Positions 13,321 through 26,861 of a DNA stretch of 64,000 nucleotides are shown here, piece after piece. Each line of letters starts with the position of its first letter. The first letter of the stretch is position 1. The notes beneath the pieces were generated by a model. It searched no databases and was not told where the DNA came from. It was given only the letters and a program-made list of their open reading frames with translations. The DNA comes from Malacoraja senta (taxonomy: Eukaryota): NCBI GenBank assembly GCA_038087875.1, contig CM075992.1, forward strand, positions 5,828,001 to 5,892,000, given 5' to 3'. The translations under genes were made by a program, and so were the position numbers.

Positions 13321-15344
13321 TTAAAAACCCTATATTTACTGCACCATGCATGGGCGAAACATATTTTCCCAAATATCAATCAACAAAAACATTTGCACTA
13401 ATCTACCACATGAAATCTTCTGGACAGATGCAAAGCTTGATCAAAAAGAACGTATTAGAAAACACTCATTTCAGATTATTACTTTAGTATTGGCATCAAA
13501 TCCATTAGAATAGGGAAGTGATGGGAATGGAAATAAATAATCGATCTATCTCCTCTAAATCTAGATAGATATATTGATAACTATAAATAAACATAATCCT
13601 ATTAATTGCATGTGTAGATTATGAAAGGCAAAGATCATCCTCAAAACAAAATGGTCTGCTAGACATAGCGATCTCATATGGTCCACTTGGTAAGGAAACC
13701 TGAAGGGGAAAGTGAAGGGAAAAGAATGGCAATGACAGGTGTCCGAATATTGTCACACAAAGAAAAAAACCCAGCATAGATTTAGAACCAGATGGCCTAT
13801 TTTCGGTAACAATACCTCATTAGTGAATGAAACAACCAATGGACATGATCATTCACTAATTTGGCACAACATTTTTTGTAAACCTTGGTAGTTTTTTTTG
13901 AAGGTAAGAATTATACACAATGGAAGTTAAGCATTCACTCACTGATCTAATACTTTAACCCAGTGAGTTATGGTAAGATATTTTCAGAACTGCATTTTAC
14001 TGCAAAGTAAAATGATCAGATTAAGGAAATTCAAAACTATGAAGTCATTTCCAGCTTTTTCAAATTATTTAAAGTATATATTCACTGCAATGTGATTTAA
14101 AAAAATCTAATTTCCATTAATTCATTTTAAACAAGTACCAGCCAATGCATTTAAAATTTAAATAAAAGGACTTTTAATCAGCAGTCCATCTACTTTAATT
14201 CTAATTTAGATTTTGAGAAAGTTATTAACCAAAATTGGAGCACATGGGGTGAGAACAATATACTCCTAGAAATTGAGACAAGAGGACTGAGAAGAACGTG
14301 CTACATACAGTTCAACATAACCAACAAGATTGTGTTAAAAAAATGTTATAATAAAACCAAAGAAGGAATAAAGTGGCAATATTTTTTGCAAAGGAATTCC
14401 TTTTGTACAATATTAGGTTCCTATATATGGATTTGCAAGATGGATTGTTCTCAGAGTTAGCTTTGTGTGGGTTGCTGCTAAACTGCTCAGAACAGATGTC
14501 ACAAGAGTAGGGAATGCATGCCACTATTTTAAAACTCCAAACATAATGCAGTCAGATCACTATCAGTGTCTGCCTCACCATACCACACACTCAGGTTTAA
14601 TTGCGAAAGGTCATTCAGGCCCTTGTGCATGCACTTCAACTTTGACCCAAATCATTATCTGTAGACATTCCCATCTGCCAAATGTAAAAAATGAAGCTAC
14701 TTAGTGAATTGCAAAATTAGGTTTTAATTTCATAGATGAGAATAAGAATTTACAAAATAGAAAAGGAAAATATTTCATTCATCCCACCTGTGCCAATGGA
14801 AAAACTACTCAGTCAAAATCCATCTTCCAGCATGTCCAAGACAAGCAGTCAAGTTCTTCAAGCACACATCCAAATCGATGCAAAATCTAAAACTCTGATC
14901 TTGTGCTCTTCTGGTTTTGCGTTTTTTTCTATTTGCGCAAAAACGGTACACGATAGCGCTATGATTTTCGCCACCTTACTCACCATTCTCCTGTGCTACA
15001 CGGACAAGTTTTGTTCCGATCTATATATATTTTTAAAGTTATGATTTTAAAATCTTAAAACCCATGCATACGCAGATTGGTCCCCTTTCCTGTCAGTTGC
15101 CGCCACGTAGATTGGTCTCCTCTCCTGTCAGGGACGGCGACACCTCTTCCTGCTCCATCGCTGCACTGATTGGCCGGGTCCGCTGTCAGTCACAGGCGAC
15201 ACCCTACTCGCCTGGCGAGCAGAATATAAAGCTGAAGGAGCAGAGTGAGCATCACTAACACTCCACTCAGTCTGTGGGCGCCTCCATGGGGCCGAGCGGG
15301 CAGGCGAGCGGCCGAGCCCACTTCACTTGCGAGCCCACAAATAG

Positions 15345-15860
15345 TCTGCCCAGGTGAGGCAGAGGTTCACTTGCACTTCCTCCAACCTCATCTACTATAT
15401 CCGTTGTTCCAGGTGTCAACCTCCTACATTTGCAAGGCCAAGAGCACGCTCTGCGATCGTTTTGCTGAACCGCTCCGCTCAGTCTGTCTTAACTTACATG
15501 ATCTCCCGGTTGCTCAGCACTTCGACTCCCCCTCCCATTCCCAATCTGACCTTTCAGTCCTGGGCCTCCATTGTCAGAGTTAGGCCCAGGGCAAATTGGA
15601 GGAAAAGCACCTCATATTTTGCAGCGGTATGAACATTGACTTCTCTAACTTCAAATAGCCCTTGCTTTCCCTCTCTATCCCCTCCCCAATTCTCCCGCCA
15701 GTCTTACTGTCTCTGACTACATTCTATCTTTGTCCCACCAACTCCCCTGACATCAGTCATAAGAAAGGTCTCGACCTGAAACGTCGCCCATTCCTTCTCT
15801 CCATGGATGCTGCCTGTCCCACTGAGTTACTCCAGCATTTTGCATTTACCTTCAAATTTT
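15345..15860 (+). mobile_element. Penelope-like element 3' fragment (GIY-YIG endonuclease remnant + terminal repeat)
   Basis: Frameshifted QRFTCTSSNLIYYIRCSRC.. / ..RFAEPLRSV...LPVAQHFDSPSHS is typical of PLE endonucleases; followed by the aagaa.ggtctcgacc.gaaacgtc repeat. Confidence 0.8.
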
Positions 15861-18800
15861 CCTAACTTTAACATAACAAAATTGAGACCATGTACTCAGC
15901 TGATTTGATTGAAATGATATTTTGTCTGCACTTGTGCACACTGACAAATTTCATCAGAAAATCCATGAACACTTATGCTGTTCTCTTCCCCCATTCAGAG
16001 TAGTGATCTGCAATAAACAAGTATGTTTCCATGATTTGGTCTTGTTACTTGATATTAGGAAACCAAGACAATTTATGATATCATATTTGACAATATCTTG
16101 CAAATTAAAACTGTGCTCAAGACACTTTAAGTTAAAATATTTTATGTTAAGAGTAAGATGCAATCTTCAAAATAATTTCATCTATCTATATCTATCTATA
16201 TTTAAAACTCTGTGTGTGTGTGTGTGTGTGTGTCTGCTTGACTTGTGCCAGCCAGCAGCCTTTGATTCCTCGCTACGCCAACACCGCACGCAGAAACGCC
16301 GAGATTTTTTTCCATTTCGTTAGAGATTTCAGTTTTCTTTACGAGTAGCCACTCCTGATTAAATTTTGTCGTGTTTATGTACACATTTTTAATAAAATCC
16401 TTCTCCCCCCCCCCAAAATTTCAATGCATCAGTAAAATCATGCCATTCACAAGTATAACAGGCAGTGGAAAGAAAAAAATTATAGAATGCAGACTATAAT
16501 GCAAGTATTATAGTGTTACAGACAAAAGTTAAAAAATGTACAAGTGCCGTAGTGAGGTAGGTTTGTTAGATTGGGAATGCACCCTTATCTTATGAGAGGA
16601 TCAGTGGTCTGATAACAAGGAAGATTTCCTGAAATCGGTGGTACACACTTTCAAATTTTGCATCTTCTGGCTGACAGAAGGGAATGACTGGGGTGTTAAA
16701 GGTCCTTAATTATATTGACATCCTCATCACTTTGCACTGCTGGTTTATCTAACATTGGTTTGATAATTTACCACTAAACTTAAAGCATTAGTAAATCTGG
16801 ATCACTCTTATCACTTATTCAAGGCGAGTGATACACAGCAGACTTTAATTGCTTTAATTGCCTAATTCAGCAAGAAAGAACTTTGACATGTTTATTGGGT
16901 TTGTTGACAAAAGACAGATTAAGCCAGCTGTACTTTTAATTGCTGTAATTTAAATGTATTCACAAAAAATTATGTAGTGCCACAATTTTTGTTACATGCT
17001 GTAAATTAGATTTCTCCTTGGGCTTTCATGGCCACTTGACCTGCATATAATTTATCACTGATAATATAAGTGTTTCTATTCATCTCTGATTTATTTCCTC
17101 AAAAATAATGCCAGATAGAAGGCAGCTCCAAAGGCCAAATTTAAAAAATGATCACGAGGTATAATAAGATTCACAATAATATTTAAAGCAAACACTAAAA
17201 AATATTTTAATACTCCATCCAATAATGCTGGAAGTTAAACATTCACCATTGAAAGTTTAGTCAATAACAGTGAAAGCAAGTTGAAACTTGGAGCGACGTC
17301 AGAACTAGAGGAGGCAGTTTATTGTTCAAACAGATGGAAATGTCGCTCATGTTTACAAACACTTTTTATATATTCTATTTTAAAATGTATAATTTCAAGT
17401 AAAACCATGATGAATTCTTCTTGACTCAATATTACATGATGAAAAAAAAATTAACATTAGAAAATACTTGCCCTTTTCACTGCTAATTTTGTTTTGAAGC
17501 CAAATTAATTTTCTTATTTGAGGTCGCATTTCAATTGGATATACATACCTGCTAATTATTTTGATGGTGCAAGCTACAATTATGACGTAAGGAAATAGCA
17601 GCAAATGCATCTAACTTTGCCTATCCATATTCTCCACAGACGCTGCCTGACCCACTGAGCTGCTCCAGCACTTCGTCTATTTTTGTAAACCAGCATCTGC
17701 AGTTCCTTGTGTCTAGTCAAGTATTACAATGTTCATTGCTTTGTGTTCAAGTGCCGAAAATAGGCCATCATCACACCCGTTCAAATATATTATGATAAAC
17801 ATCAAATAGGTCTGACAGAATTATAACCTGGAACGCTTTTAAGCATGCCATCAGGCATGTAGGTTTACAAATAAAGAAAATAATTCAGTAACTCATAGGC
17901 CTTATTGTTTGGATAATTAAAATTCCAGCTTATTTATATTCCATTTTAGAACTTGCTATTACATCAAAAAACATGACAACTGTTATTACATCAAAAAACA
18001 TGACAATTTACAGCACATTCACGTAAACCTAAATTTGCTCATTTACCCCATACAAATTGGACCAAATTAAAACGTACTAGAATACTAGATGCAGTAGCAG
18101 AAATAGATAATGCAAAAGTGAATTTATTAATGCTAATATAAAGCAGAAAATGCTGTAAATATATAGAACACCAAAATCAGCTCACATCGCAAGTAGTAAC
18201 ATGGCTTATTGAAATACAAAAGGAACAGGCAAAGTCAATATTGGTTTATGAAAGGGAAAGTGAAGTTTTTTTTTGAGGTTGCAACCAATAAAATAGATAA
18301 GAGTGAACTGGTTAATACAATGCATTTGGACTTCCATCGGGGTTTTGCCACCGTGAAACATAAAAGGTTGCCATTATTTAAGGAGTAATATACTGGTCTA
18401 GATTGAGGATGAGTTAATGGACAGAAAACAGCAAGAATAAATGACCTGATGAAGGATTTTCAATCTGATGTGTTACCCCAATTTCTTTTTCTTCAGAATT
18501 AATTTATTGCTACAATTAATTTTTTTAATTTCTATGGGGAAGCACTATAGATTGGTAAACAAGATAAGAGCTGCAGTGTTCAAAGTTTTGATGTCATTTT
18601 ATTTCTTAATGTAAAGATTCCTAACATTCAAAGATTCAATGAAGGATTAGATAAATTTTATTTCTATTTCCACTTCCACATATTTTATACATGATATATC
18701 CTTCAATATTTTCTTCACACTGACACCAATAAATAAAATCCAACCAATAGGCAAGTTAAAATACTCCAATATAGTCAACCTTGAAACTGATAGAATCAAT

Positions 18801-20437
18801 CTAATTTTCAATTTGCTCAATAGCTATCCAAAATCTGAATAAGAGCATAGATCCAATGTTAACTAATAACCTTCTGAATTGGCATTTCAATTCCATTATC
18901 ATAACCAAATGCATTCAATGGAAAGACATGATATTACCAAGCACCAGTGTAAACTTCAGAAGATGCGAGAATACAGATGGTAGAATCTAGAACAAAAAAT
19001 GCAGGAAAAATCCGCATCTGTGAAGGCAAAAAGTGTAAGTCAACATTTTGGGTAATGGTCATGCTTGAACGGGTAGATTGCCAGTAAATGGCAGAACAAA
19101 GGAGTTTGGGATATAAGCTGGTAAGTGATAGGTGGAACCAGATGGGAAGAGAATAGGAGGGATGAACACAACACAATGGTATGGAATTTTCTAATTTCAG
19201 AATGCCCTCCTTCAAGGCTTTCCTCTCACCTAGTTTTTAGTCTCTCTTTGATTATCCTATCCATTCCTCTCCCCACCCAGTTCTATCTGCCCATCACTTA
19301 AAATTAAAGTAGCTGCATTTTGTGGCATCTTTCATGGAAAATGTCTGTGCATTAGTATAAAGAGAATTAAAAATTAAAAATTAAGTAATTTGGGCACATT
19401 GGTTAAGGAGTAACAAAAAGCTTATGCAGAGACCAGCATGGAATGGAGACAAATAATAGTGTAACCACAGACACAATTAATGTCTGTTGGCCAGAAGAAT
19501 TATAGCTCTTGAAAACATCCATTGAATTGGCCTCCATCTGTGGCAGAGAATTTCACAGATTCACAACTCTGGGTGAAAAAGTTTTTCCTCATCTCAGTCC
19601 GAAATGGCCTACTCCATATTCTTAATAATGGTATCAAGATTAAACAGTGCTCGAAGGTACGTAAATAGTTCAGGTTCTAAAGAAACACAGCTGTGAAAAG
19701 CACAGTAAAACAAAACTGAAACTTAAAAGTAGCTTCAAATTGGGAGTGAGGAACAACTGTCATTTAGCTAATTGGCACAAGGCAAAGCCAATGGCATGTA
19801 TAAATCGAAGCATAAATGAATGCAGTATATTGAATGCCAGTCCATGTGAAGGAGAGATCTTTAACAATATTGCCATCAATATGTACATTTTAGGCAGACG
19901 TTCTATACAGTATATACATATACTTCATTGCATAAAATTCTACAAATCACATTTTAGACCTTTAAATTTGCGTTTAAGATATTGTTAAACTCGAGCACAT
20001 GCGAGGTTTTGCATTTTGAAGGTTGAATATAAGGAGAGATTGAGCAGTTAATGGCAAGACCCTTAACAGCAATGATGTGCAGAGGGATCTCCCTACTTTA
20101 CAGGAAAGCTGTAGCTTTGGCAAGGGCGCAGATGTGGTTCACCAGAATGCTGCCTGGATTAGAGGGTTTCAGCTACAACAATCAGCTTGGATTGTTTTCT
20201 CTGGAATGTTATAGAGGTTGCTGGGAGACTTAATAGAAGAATATAAAAATTGTGCGACTAGATAAGGTATGGTCAGAACTAATTTCCAAGAGTGAAAAAG
20301 TCCAACACTAGAGCGCATAGCTACAAGGTAAGAGAAGGAAATGTTTAAGGGAGGTGCGAGGCAGGTTTTTCACATGGGGGTGGGGGGTCTGGAATGCATT
20401 GCCAGGGTGGTGGTGGTGGTGGAAGCTGATGTGATAG

Positions 20438-21043
20438 GAGCAGGGAGGTTCTACTGCAGTTGTACAGGGTCTTGGTGAGACCACACCTGGAGTATTGCGT
20501 ACAGTTTTGGTCTCCAAATCTGAGGAAGGACATTATTGCCATAGAGGGAGTGCAGAGAAGGTTCACCAGACTGATTCCTGGGATGTCAGGACTTTCATAT
20601 GAAGAAAGACTGGATAGACTCGGCTTGTACTCGCTAGAATTTAGGAGATTGAGGGGGGATCTTATAGAAACTTACAAAATTCTTAAGGGGTTGGACAGGT
20701 TAGATGCAGGAAGATTGTTCCCGATGTTGGGGAAGTCCAGGACAAGGGGTCACAGCTTAAGGATAGAGGGGAAATCCTTTAGGACCGAGATGAGAAAAAC
20801 TTTTTTCACACAGAGAGTCGTGAATCTCTGGAACTCTCTGCCACAGAGGGTAGTTGAGGCCAGTTCATTGGCTATATTTAAGAGGGAGTTAGATGTGGCC
20901 CTTGTGGCTAAAGGGATCAGGGGGTATGGAGAGAAGGCAGTTACGGGATACTGAGTTGGATGATCAGCCATGATCATATTGAATGGCGGTGCAGGCTCGA
21001 AGGGCCGAATGGCCTACTCCTGCACCTATTTTCTATGTTTCTA
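20438..21043 (+). mobile_element. Young 5'-truncated CR1-clade LINE inserted into an older CR1 copy
   Basis: ORF 20460-20954 (LVRPHLEYCVQFWSP..LEFRRLRGDLIETYKI..TRGH) is a CR1 ORF2 C-terminus; (TTTCTATG)2 tail; TGATAG duplicated at 20432-20437 and 21044-21049. Confidence 0.92.
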
Positions 21044-21717
21044 TGATAGTGACGTTTAAGAAGAGGCTTTTGGATAAGCGCATGGAAATGCAGGGAATAG
21101 AGATCATGCGACCAAGTAATCTTGAATTATGTACATCTTAATCTTCTCAATCAGTCGACCATAAGGGACCTCATCAAAAGCATCCTTTACTACTAAATAA
21201 TTAAATAGTTGATCTTGTTATCACATGCAAAGCTGCCTGGTTGTGCTGCCACATTAGGGAGATAGATGCATTCAACTTATTTGATTGACTTTGGGACATG
21301 GTTGTAAAAGATGTTATAACCTTCCAAGCCACTTCTGTAGATTTTACAATATCTGCATGTTCCATTTGAAGTATGGCAAAATGGTGCTGCGTGGATGCAA
21401 AGTTGTTGGGTCTCCACTATGGACTGTACCATTTGGACAATATGAACACATACACGGGCTATGGCTCATCGATAATCATTCATCGCCATCATCCCTCCAA
21501 ACTTAATCTCATAAATTGGATCTCCCAATTGGGAAACTGAAACCATCATCCCTCTAAACTCAAACTAGGTCTCCACTCATCCCTGTGCAACAGGATTCTC
21601 ATTTTCCTCATCGGCAGACCACAAACTGTACAAATTGGCAACAACGCTTCCTCCTCAATAACCATCTACATAGAGCACCTCAAGATTGTGTGCTCAGTCT
21701 TGTGCTTTACTCTACAC

Positions 21718-21920
21718 CAGGGCCTCCAAACTATGGCCCATGGGCCACATCCGGCCCGCCACGAGATTTTATGCGGCCCGCGGCAAGCTCTTAAAATGTT
21801 CCGTGCGGTGGGCTATTTAGCGGGTTCTGTGGCAATGCAGGAACTTACGTCAGTTTACTGATCGGCGACAGTGGCCCTAGTGAGTGTGGTGGGGGGGTGC
21901 GAGTGTGTGCTCTAATTGAA
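21718..21920 (+). mobile_element. hAT-Charlie-like DNA transposon end fragment
   Basis: cagggcctccaaactatggcccatgggccacatccggcccgcc resembles Charlie/MER58-type termini. Confidence 0.6.
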
Positions 21921-22330
21921 TAGTGCCAGAACAATTTACTTTCAATGCCAGCAAGACCAAGGAACTAATTGACTTTAAGAGGGTAACGCCAAGAATCCAC
22001 AGACCATTCATTGACGGGACAGTGCGAGAAAGAATCAACAGCTTCAAGCTCTTGGGCTCTGAAGATCTGTCCAGGGTCCAGAACATCAATGCAATAAAAA
22101 AAAGAAAGCTCATTAACGCCTCTACTTTTTTTAAGATTGAGAAGATTCAGGTCAATCAATGCTGCATTAAATACTCAATTACGCCTCTACAAGTGTATGG
22201 TACATCATACGCATGGACCACCCCACCATCAAAGGGGGTCCATAAGGGGGCGCTGCCTCAAAAGGGTAACATTTATTAAAGATCCACACAACTATGACCA
22301 TACCCTCATTCCGACCACCTGAATGAGAAT

Positions 22331-24200
22331 GAGAATTGGAGACCCATCACATTGTTGAATGTTGATTACAAGATCCTGTCTAAGGCTATCGCCAACCGGG
22401 TCAAGTCTGCTCTGGGAAGGGTGATCCACCCGGACCAAACCTGTGCTGTACCTGGCAGAAAGCCTGCCTTGTCAGCTTGGACCAGGAGAAGGCCTTCGAC
22501 GGGATATTGCACACGTACATGAGGGACGTGCTCTCCAAAACGGGCTTTGGGGAGAGAATCAGAAATTGGATCCAACTGCTCTACACCGATATCTGTAGTG
22601 CAGTCCAAATAAATGTGTGGGAATCAGACAGCTTCCCTGTCAGGTCTGGAGTCAGGCAGGGTTGCCCTCTCTCCCCTGCCTTGTTCGTCTGTTGTATGGA
22701 ACCTTGTCCATCAGGAAGGACGTGAGCATAGGAGGTGTTACATTGCCAGGCAGTGGGGGCACTCAGGTCAAAACCTCCCTGCACATGGACGATGTCGCCG
22801 TCTTCTGCTCAAATCCAGGGTCGGTCCGCAGATTAACGTCTGGAGGCAGGGGGAACCGCAGGAAGAGCGAGGTCATGCTCTTTGGCAACTGGCCTGACCG
22901 ATCTTCACCATCAAGCCTGACTTCTTGAAGGTGCTGGGGATCTGGTTTGGGGGAGCGGAGGCATGTGACAAGAACTGGCTGGAGCAGATAGCCATGGTGG
23001 GGAAGAATCTGGAGCTGTGGAAGCAGAGCTCCCTCTCTATAACTGGGAACATTTTGGTCATCAGGTATGAAGTGCTCTCAGGTCTGCTGTACTTGGCAAA
23101 AGTGTGGCCTGTCCCTCCCTCCTATGCCACTGGGATCACCCGGGCCGTCTTCCAGTTCATCTGGGGGCCACAATGCACAAGTCGGCAGACAACGGGGGTA
23201 AAATCATGCCCAACGTCGCCCTCACCCTGATGTCCACCTTTGTGCGTGGTTGCATCAGGCAGAGCTTAGGGCCAAGGCAGATGGGCACCAAGTGTCACCA
23301 CCTGCTGAAGTTCTATCTGTCCCTGGTGTTGCGAAGGATGGGCCTGACGCAGATGCCACGCAATCGGCCAATTAGCTGGACATTGCCGCACCATCTGTCG
23401 TTCGTGGAAAGGTTCTTCTGGACCAACACCTTTGACCACAAGTCCATCGGGCAGTGGGCAGCACGGAACGTCCTACAGGCACTCCAAGGAATTGACTCCA
23501 TGGATCCTGTGGCATGGTTCCCAGAGCAGACTGCCAAGCTTGTCTAGCGAAATGCCTCATGGCTTGGCTGGTGGTGAGGGGAGCCCTCCCAGTCAGATCC
23601 TTCCTGTACTGTCGGAACCTCACTACCTGCGCACGCTGCTATGGAGAGGAGACGGTTGCCCACCTCTTTGCAGAGTGTGGATTCGCAAAGAAAGTCTGGA
23701 GAGGTTTGCAAGGGTCCCAGTCACAATTTATTCCGAACAGCTCCTTCACAGAGGACTCTGTGATTTACGGACTATTCCCAGGGATGTATTCAGAGACTGA
23801 CATTGAGTGCTGCTGGAAGGTCATCAACTCGGTGAAAGGCGCTCTTTGGTCTGCCCGAGCTTTGTTGACCTCCCAACAGAGCGGGATGTCCGTCGGGCAA
23901 TGTTGCCGATTGGCGCGCTGCAGACGTACTTGCTGAGGGACGCACTGAAGCTTGGTGCAGCCAACGCCAAGGCTCTGTGGGAGAGGACCACAGTCTAGGG
24001 TCCTTCCACTGCTGGATATTAGGGGGCAGGGTAAGGTGGAGACGCAAAAATAAGGGAAGGGATTCCACGCCAGTGGGCCACATGAGTGGCAAGGGTGGGG
24101 GATAAATGTGTGTAATTTGTGCAAACAAATTTTTTGCACGGTTCCTGTATTGTATATATATATTACTTGAATAGTCTATTTTGAAATTGAAAACAAAAAA
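22331..24200 (+). mobile_element. Tx1/L1-clade non-LTR retrotransposon, 5'-truncated and frameshifted
   Basis: NWRPITLLNVDYKILSK, LDQEKAFD, GVRQGCPLSP, LHMDD (YxDD decayed), C..C..EETVAHLF.EC zinc-binding motif, A-rich end. Confidence 0.9.
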
Positions 24201-24618
24201 TTCCCTTCCGAATATCGGGAAAGTGGCACTAGAGCCTGAAAACAACCATCAGGTTCTTAAACACTCAACAACACTAACATTAGTAACTAATAACTTTTAT
24301 AGACTGTGTCTTTGATTGCAATATAGACATAGAAACATAGAAAATAGGTGCAGGAGGAGGTCATTCAGCCCTTCGAGCCAGCACCGCCATTCATTGTGAT
24401 CATTTGCAAAATTGTGGCTACCTCGTATTATGGTTATTAATTCAATGAAAGTCTTTTTTGATTATTATATTCTACCTGTATGTATGGATTTTAGGCCTGT
24501 TAAGCAGCTAGCTACAAGCAAGAATGTCATTATTCTGATGTCAGTATATTTGACAAATAAACACTCTCGACTTACCCCAAGTGGTAAACCGATATAGGTT
24601 ACTGCAATGCACAGCTTA

Positions 24619-25160
24619 AGGGCCTGTCCCACTTAGGCACTTTTTAGGCGACTGCAGACGACTAGGCTGTTGCCACACGGTCCATTGTCGTCCGTATGGT
24701 TGTGAGTCGTCTCCTCAGTCGCCCAAAGAGTCGTACCGTTTTACTGGTCGCCGCTGGATTTTGACATGTTCAAAAACTTTCGGCGACAGTGGACATGACG
24801 ACAATGAGCTTGACTTCTCCTGACGTAGGTGCTGTCGTAGGTTGTCGCCGGTGCTGACTTCAGTGAATTCCATTGGCGACTACCTACGTCAACCACCGAC
24901 TGAATTCTCTTAAGTTGTCTTCAGTTGTCGCCAACAGGTTCGTAGCTTGTCGCGAGTGGGCATAGGTTGTCGTAGGTGGACATCTTAATGGGTCGCCGGT
25001 AGCTTGCCGTAGCTTGACATCGACTAGGTGGTAGGTTGTTGTAGCTTGTCGTAAATATTGTTGTAGACATTGACGTAGGGGGGTCCAGTCACTGTTTTTT
25101 CGGTGACCTGCTACAACTATGACAGTCGCCGAAAAAAATTGCCTAAGTGGGACAGGCCAT
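24619..25160. mobile_element. PIF/Harbinger-type MITE (542 bp)
   Basis: TIR agggcctgtcccacttaggca / tgcctaagtgggacaggccat; TTA at 24616-18 and 25161-63; no ORF. Confidence 0.85.
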
Positions 25161-26582
25161 TTACTTGGTTTTAAATTACTGTGTGCCTCTAGGTCTTAAT
25201 CTTATTCAAAATAATACTGGGCATTCATACACTGAGAATTAGTGTTACAGAATGTAATTCAGAGACGGGAGGAGAAATCTTTGCTAAGTTGTTAAGTGCT
25301 GTAACTAAGCAATTCACAGAATCAGTAAACCTCAAATTCTGTTGAAACATTAGGTTGTTCTGTGTATATTTATTATAAAGCACATGTAGCTTTTATTCAA
25401 AACAAGGACAGGAAAAAACATCAGAGTCAACGTGAACAACTTTCTTAGGCTAAAATGAACAATCTCAAATTACTCCAATTGATACTTTAGACCCCAATGG
25501 TTCAAAATACACTCTCGAAATTAAAGTTCAGAAGTATTTTTTTGTGTTGCAAAAAAAGATGCAATTATTTTGGTATTAGTTTATACTCTTTATATATATA
25601 TTAAATTATCTGTGTTACATAAGGATTTCAGATATTCACACCAGTTCACTATTAATGATCACAAACAAATTAAAAACACTTAATTAGCCATTTTGAAATT
25701 CACTCCAGGGAAGATTTACCAGTACATGTGTGTTTTACAAAATGTTCCCTCAAAAGGTTCAGCTTGTTAAAACAGCGAAGTAGACAAACTAGAAGATTCA
25801 ATGACTCAGCAGTAAGCGCAGTTCACCAACTGCAGTAGGTGGTGGTTTTGTAGAAAACTCAAAATAGGAACAGAATACCTGGACAACCAATAAATAGGTT
25901 GAGTAACTCAAATGATTCATAACCAAGTCAACTTTATTTAAAGAGCAGAGGAGATAAAAACAAAAATTCTTCCTCATTAAAGCAGGATAATTACCTCAGA
26001 AAAAGTAGTCAGGTTAATTTCATATAAATTGTTCACATAAATTCAACCTTGGACACTTTCAAAGAAGCCATTAAGTTTGATTGGGTAATTTGGTTATCAT
26101 TGTCACAATTGCCATTATATGCAGTCAAGCTAGAAAAAAAATAAATAAAATCCTTCAATATCCCAACTTGCCGCTATCTAGCAAAGCATGCTGGAAAAGT
26201 ATTTGCATGTCAAATAAGGACAAGAATAGTCCCCCGTCCCCCCGTGAACAAATGATGAGAATGAGATTAAAACATAATGAATTACGATATTCAACGATCT
26301 TTCACAAGAGCATTATGCAACCAAATTTTACAGGGCAATTGCCCAAATACCCATGGCCCAGGCACCATTAAAATCAGCCACATGCAGGAAGTTTACATTG
26401 TAGCTAGAATGTAAAGACTGAAGATGGTTGCAAAGTTTTAAGATTTGCTGGAATTTTAGAATTCTAAAAGTAAGGATATTGTTCAGCAGGGATGCAAATC
26501 AGAAAGACCGGAGAGAGGGGTACAAATTAATCGGTCGAGGATATAGGAAGCCGAGGTTTGGATGACCTCACAATTACATATA

Positions 26583-26861
26583 TTTTTTTTAATGTTTCAA
26601 AATAGACTTTATTCAAGTAATAAATATACACAATACAGGAACTGTGCAAAAAAAAATTCATCCTACATTCTCGGAGGCTATACATTCAATACTGTTTATA
26701 CACATTGCACAAATTTCACATTTATCCCCCACCCTTGCCACTCATGTGGCCCACTGGCGTGGAATCCCTTCCCTCATTTTTTTTAGGACGTCTCCACCAC
26801 TCCCTGCTCCCCATGTCCAGCAGAGGAAGGACCCTAGACTGTGGTCCTCCCCCACCGAGCC
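26583..26861 (-). mobile_element. 3' end of the same Tx1-like family, inverted orientation
   Basis: Reverse complement of about 23970-24190 (shared CHSCGPLAWNPFP translation). Confidence 0.88.

Larger units (their letters stand above)
21540..24570 (+). mobile_element. Rex1/Babar-like LINE remnant, interrupted by hAT, Tx1 and CR1 insertions
   Basis: [12 protein letters not shown] (about 21675) and FNASKTKELIDFKR (about 21940) RT motifs; 3' portion resumes after about 24205. Confidence 0.6.

Noticed and set aside
17957-18006. 23-bp direct repeat (27-bp period)
   Set aside because: An ordinary slippage micro-duplication with no associated feature.
20460-20954. 164-aa ORF as a host gene
   Set aside because: It is the C-terminus of CR1 ORF2 in a 5'-truncated insertion.
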